NCBI RefSeq assembly: GCF_036504765.1
Contig: NZ_AP027790.1
Direction: 5' to 3' (one strand)
Length of the DNA: 32,000 bases
Source: Escherichia coli
GTDB lineage: Bacteria > Pseudomonadota > Gammaproteobacteria > Enterobacterales > Enterobacteriaceae
Part shown: piece by piece, positions 27,764 through 32,000 of the stretch
Numbering within the stretch: position 1 is the stretch's first letter
How the letters are laid out: each line of letters opens with the position of its first letter
Notes under the pieces: model-generated
What the model was told of the DNA's origin: nothing
Databases searched by the model: none
Seen by the model: only the letters and a program-made list of their open reading frames with translations
Position numbers and translations under genes: made by a program

Positions 27764-28255
27764 TCACGCTTTATTTTTGATTTCCTGCTCACGGTGAGCC
27801 GTCTTTGCACTACGCGCCGCCAGCCACAGGCCGCTGTTTTTCATTGCGTAACCAAATACCAGCCCAAGCGCCAGCGAAGGTAACACCAGTTTCCAGTCAC
27901 CCTGCCCGGCAAACGTCGCGCATGCGCCTATAAACGTCCCCGGAACAAATGAAAGCAGCAGCTGTTTGGCCTGAATACACATCAGAAACGCGACAATACC
28001 GGTTATGACATAACCGAGAATTTCCAGATGTGGTGCCAGTGCACTACCGTAAATAATGACCATCGCCCACACCACGCCACTAAGCAGGGTTGCAGCGGAG
28101 ATCGCCAGCCCTTTCAGCCCACCTTGCGGGCAGGCAAAGTAGGCCGTACAGCCCAGGAAGCCCGCCCAGCTTAGTAAGCCCAGGGAAACAGCCACCCATC
28201 CCCAGATACCGGAGAGAATGCCTGTTGTGATTGCAATAGAGAGAAGTATGTTCAT
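27764..28255 (-). CDS. ycdZ: Inner membrane protein YcdZ (DUF1097)
   Basis: ORF 27764..28303. Starting at MNILLSIAITTGILSGIWGW gives 163 aa. An AGCGTGAG/CTCACGCT hairpin begins at the stop codon. Confidence 0.88.
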   Translation of the reverse strand: MNILLSIAITTGILSGIWGWVAVSLGLLSWAGFLGCTAYFACPQGGLKGLAISAATLLSGVVWAMVIIYGSALAPHLEILGYVITGIVAFLMCIQAKQLLLSFVPGTFIGACATFAGQGDWKLVLPSLALGLVFGYAMKNSGLWLAARSAKTAHREQEIKNKA

Positions 28256-28356
28256 GCCGCGCATGATAGCAGAAAACGCGGCCATGAATGAGATCGAGCA
28301 CACATTTTATGCAACAACAAATTATCTGTTGCAGTTATGAGTGACGATGATCACAT

Positions 28357-28911
28357 TTACTCTTCAGAATCTTCTTCCAGCTCGTCCCACATTGCACTAA
28401 TGGCATCACGGGTTAGCGGTGCCATGGTGCGCCAGAAAGGCGTGGTTGCATGGGCCTCCACTTTGCCGAGGAACGCACCACACCAGGGTAACAGATACTC
28501 ACTGAACAGTGTTTCCAGTGCTTCGCTCTCATCTTCCGTTGACTGATCTTCCAGCCAGGAAGCCGCAAGCAGCAATGTGCCGATGTGATCGGCTGGCGTA
28601 TCCGCCAGTGGCATCCCTCGTTCGGAAAGAAAAGCGCGCACTTCCGCTTCCGTTGCGTCCTCAACCCATGCGCTACGATATGGCGGCACGGCACATTCAT
28701 CGCCGATAAACAACGCATTGTAATCGGCAGAGACTTGCGCCATATCACAGCTTTTCTGTAAACGCGTCAGTAACTCATCCTGCTCCAGTGGCCAGTTCGC
28801 AGCCAGTTTCCCCTCACGAATCAGGGTAAACAGCGGCACCAGTAAAGGATCTTGCGGTTGGCGGTAATAGAGCGAACCCAGCACACGACAGAGGATAGAA
28901 AACTCGTTCAT
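28357..28911 (-). CDS. ycdY: TorD-family chaperone YcdY
   Basis: 184-aa ORF MNEFSILCRVLGSLYYRQPQDPLLVPLF.... Confidence 0.9.
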   Translation of the reverse strand: MNEFSILCRVLGSLYYRQPQDPLLVPLFTLIREGKLAANWPLEQDELLTRLQKSCDMAQVSADYNALFIGDECAVPPYRSAWVEDATEAEVRAFLSERGMPLADTPADHIGTLLLAASWLEDQSTEDESEALETLFSEYLLPWCGAFLGKVEAHATTPFWRTMAPLTRDAISAMWDELEEDSEE

Positions 28912-28934
28912 TAATATATTTCCATTACTAGTAA

Positions 28935-29672
28935 TTAAAGGTCTGCAAATTCCGCAATCGGTGCCATACCGCGAGATTCAAGGAAGTTCAGTAAGCGGCG
29001 CGGCGAAACATTCAAAATGCGCTCTGGCGGAAAATCTACCGCGTCGAGGATTTTAAGACACTCTTCAAATTCCCCCATGGTAAACGCGGTGTGAGAATCC
29101 GAGCCTAATGCCACCCAACCTCCAGCATCACGTACCGCTGCGGCTACCGCACGACAGTTGTCTTCACTGCCCTTACGTGAGTGTAAAAATGAAGAATTAT
29201 TGATTTCCAGCGCCACCTGATGTTTCGCGGCTGCTTCAGCAACGGCTTTCACATCTATTTCATATTTGGGATTTCCGGGATGGCTTATTATATGCACATT
29301 GCCGCTGGCGATAGTGGCGATCATCGCTTGTGTATTGGTCGCTTTGTCATGTGGTGCAAAAACCGGCTCATGAAAACCGGCAATAATCAGATCCAGCGAG
29401 TCAAACATTTTACCGCTGCAATCAATTTCACCATCAACATTTTTAATGTTAGCTTCGATGCCGCGCAGGATCCCTACCCCATCAACCACTCGCGGCCAGA
29501 TACGCATGTTAATGAAGTGCCAGTGATGCGGAGCATCTTCCATATCCGGGCCATGATCGGTGATCGCAAAAAGTTTAATGCCCTTTTGTTTGGCCTGGGC
29601 AATGTAATCACTCAATGTGCTATATGCATGTGTGCTGGCAACGGTATGCATATGAAGGTCGACGGGATACAT
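28935..29672 (-). CDS. ycdX: PHP-domain zinc phosphatase YcdX
   Basis: 245-aa [26 protein letters not shown]... (PHP motif HxH). Confidence 0.92.
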
Positions 29673-29726
29673 AACTCTCTCCTGTATTCAATTCCCGCCA
29701 AGGATAGCAGGAATCCTGATGCTTTA

Positions 29727-30704
<978 letters not shown>

Positions 30705-30835
30705 TTATCGTTATGATCTACAAAGGCCACCAGCATAACAAATCCGTGGTCGGTGGCAAAAAAAGCAGATTTCGCTTATTAAAACCACACATTGATTGAA
30801 GTTTGAATAAACGCGCGATTTTTTCAAAAAGTTTG

Positions 30836-30864
30836 TTGACCTCAGGTCATGATTTCCCTAAATT
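30836..30864 (+). promoter_or_regulatory. serX promoter (-35 TTGACC, 17-bp spacer, -10 TAAATT, GC-rich discriminator)
   Basis: The hexamers were read directly. AGCGCCC after the -10 is typical of stringently controlled tRNA promoters. Confidence 0.6.
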
Positions 30865-30898
30865 AGCGCCCGTTCCAGCAAGACAGGAACGACAATTT

Positions 30899-30986
30899 GG
30901 TGAGGTGTCCGAGTGGCTGAAGGAGCACGCCTGGAAAGTGTGTATACGGCAACGTATCGGGGGTTCGAATCCCCCCCTCACCGCCA
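30899..30986 (+). tRNA. serX: tRNA-Ser (anticodon GGA)
   Basis: GGTGAGGTGTCCGAGTGGCTGAAGGAGCACGCCTGGAAAGTGTG...GGGGGTTCGAATCCCCCCCTCACCGCCA. The acceptor stem is GGTGAGG/CCTCACC. It has a long variable arm, a T-loop GGTTCGAATCC and an encoded CCA. Confidence 0.95.
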
Positions 30987-31228
30987 TATTTAAAGAAGAG
31001 CTCGTACGAAAGTACGGGCTTTTTTTTCGTATATTGCACACACCGGGGGGATGAGAAGCCCCGACCGGGGTTCGACAACTGGCGACAGCCAGTTGGACAG
31101 ACCGTGAACGCAGTGAGCGGGCTGCCCGCAGGGCGAGCGAAGCGAGTCAATCCCCCCCTCACCGCCATATTTAAAGAAGAGCCCGTACGAAAGTACGGGC
31201 TTTTTTTTCGTATATTGCACACACCGGG
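30968..31228 (+). repeat. 80-bp direct repeat (30968-31047 and 31149-31228) duplicating the serX 3' end plus its terminator
   Basis: AATCCCCCCCTCACCGCCATATTTAAAGAAGAGC(T/C)CGTACGAAAGTACGGGCTTTTTTTTCGTATATTGCACACACCGGG occurs twice with 1 mismatch. The two copies start 181 bp apart, with 101 bp between them. Confidence 0.95.
30999..31028 (+). terminator. serX terminator
   Basis: AGCTCGTAC-GAAA-GTACGGGCT followed by TTTTTTTT (one mismatch in the stem). Confidence 0.8.
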
Positions 31229-31359
31229 TGCCCCCGCCCACGTCTGTTAGGGCGAGGGGAAATTGTGCACATCAACTGTCTGGTTACTCAGTCAACAATC
31301 AAAATGCGCAAGATAGTAGAGAACATATATGCGTTATCTGGTCACTTCCTGTAACTTCC

Positions 31360-32000
31360 TCACTTATTAAAATGCCCCCAACGGAAATACATGTCACATG
31401 CCATCATAAAATCGTTATGCCAGAGGCATCGACAATGGAAAAAATAGTAAATTAAGCACGGTACATAGCAGAGTAAAAAATAGGCTTCAAACCAAATCCG
31501 CCATTCTACAAGCGTTGCCAATACCGACACCAGCGTAATCCACATCATTTCAATAACCAGCAATATGAATAACCGAAGCCAAAGCGGCTTGGCAAAAAAG
31601 GTCGACAACGCATTTTCACTGGAGAAAAACAGATCGATTTCCTGCAAAAAAAGCCTGCCCAGAAAAGCGTACCGCTTGGAGAAGCGCAGAAAAAACAGAT
31701 TAATCGCCAACACTACGCCACAAAGAATGAGCAATGCAATTATCGATTTAAACGTTAACCACTGCCCCTCTGTCACAAAAGAATCACTGTTACGTAACGG
31801 GCTGATAGTAAGCAGGTTAACAACCGTTGAGATGCACACCGAAAGCAGCACATAGCGAGTCAGACTTTTATATTTTACTTTTTTCGCTACTGAAATAGCG
31901 ACCTGCTTGACATAACTGGTGCGGATCATCCGAAACAGCAGAAAGATGACCAACGGCCCAAGTAACGAAATCAGGAACAGCGCATATAACGAGGGTAGAA
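31360..32000 (-). CDS. ycdU: Inner membrane protein YcdU, C-terminal part; the gene runs off the right edge
   Basis: The track ORF 31360..31953 starts at a TTG, but the frame stays open to position 32000. The protein is polytopic and hydrophobic. Its position next to serX matches K-12 ycdU. Confidence 0.75.
   Translation of the reverse strand, partial: LPSLYALFLISLLGPLVIFLLFRMIRTSYVKQVAISVAKKVKYKSLTRYVLLSVCISTVVNLLTISPLRNSDSFVTEGQWLTFKSIIALLILCGVVLAINLFFLRFSKRYAFLGRLFLQEIDLFFSSENALSTFFAKPLWLRLFILLVIEMMWITLVSVLATLVEWRIWFEAYFLLCYVPCLIYYFFHCRCLWHNDFMMACDMYFRWGHFNK

Noticed and set aside
30803-31241. ORFs on both strands overlapping serX and its duplicated 3' flank (83, 64, 119 and 83 aa)
   Set aside because: They run through a bona fide tRNA gene and its terminator repeats. 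Their similarity to each other is a consequence of the DNA repeat.

Overview
The window is an Escherichia coli chromosomal segment. It is collinear, in reverse orientation, with the K-12 map as I recall it: yceA(trhO)-lpxL-mdtG-msyB-yceK-opgHG-opgC-clsC-ymdB-ymdA // csgCAB-csgDEFG-ycdZ-ycdY-ycdX-ghrA-serX-ycdU. All of these genes look intact and ordinary. The exception is the csgC-ymdA gap. It is short in K-12 (from memory, on the order of 100 bp) but holds about 11.4 kb of accessory DNA here (11883-23258).

The insert is a complete-looking filamentous (inovirus) prophage, with every gene on the + strand. Its morphogenesis module is clearly homologous to Ff/M13: pVII, pIX-position, pVIII, pIII, pVI, pI and the pIV secretin. 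Four non-Ff parts are joined to that module:
- an IS110-family DEDD recombinase, the only recombinase present;
- a two-tyrosine HUH replication initiator of the P2-A/phiX174-A type;
- a TraX-like (F-pilin acetylase family) membrane protein translationally coupled to gI;
- a GC-rich non-coding block with a 340-bp tandem duplication. This block looks homologous to the ori-proximal primosome-assembly region of ColE1/pMB1 plasmids and carries a reiterated 10-mer.

A separate AT-rich, opposite-strand two-gene module lies between the phage and csgC. It encodes a small hydrophobic peptide and a secreted Ala/Glu/Lys-rich helix.

Elsewhere, serX is followed by an 80-bp direct repeat of its own 3' end plus terminator, which looks like an att-type scar. 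No CRISPR array or rRNA gene was seen.

All homology statements come from my own recognition of the translated sequences. No database search was run.
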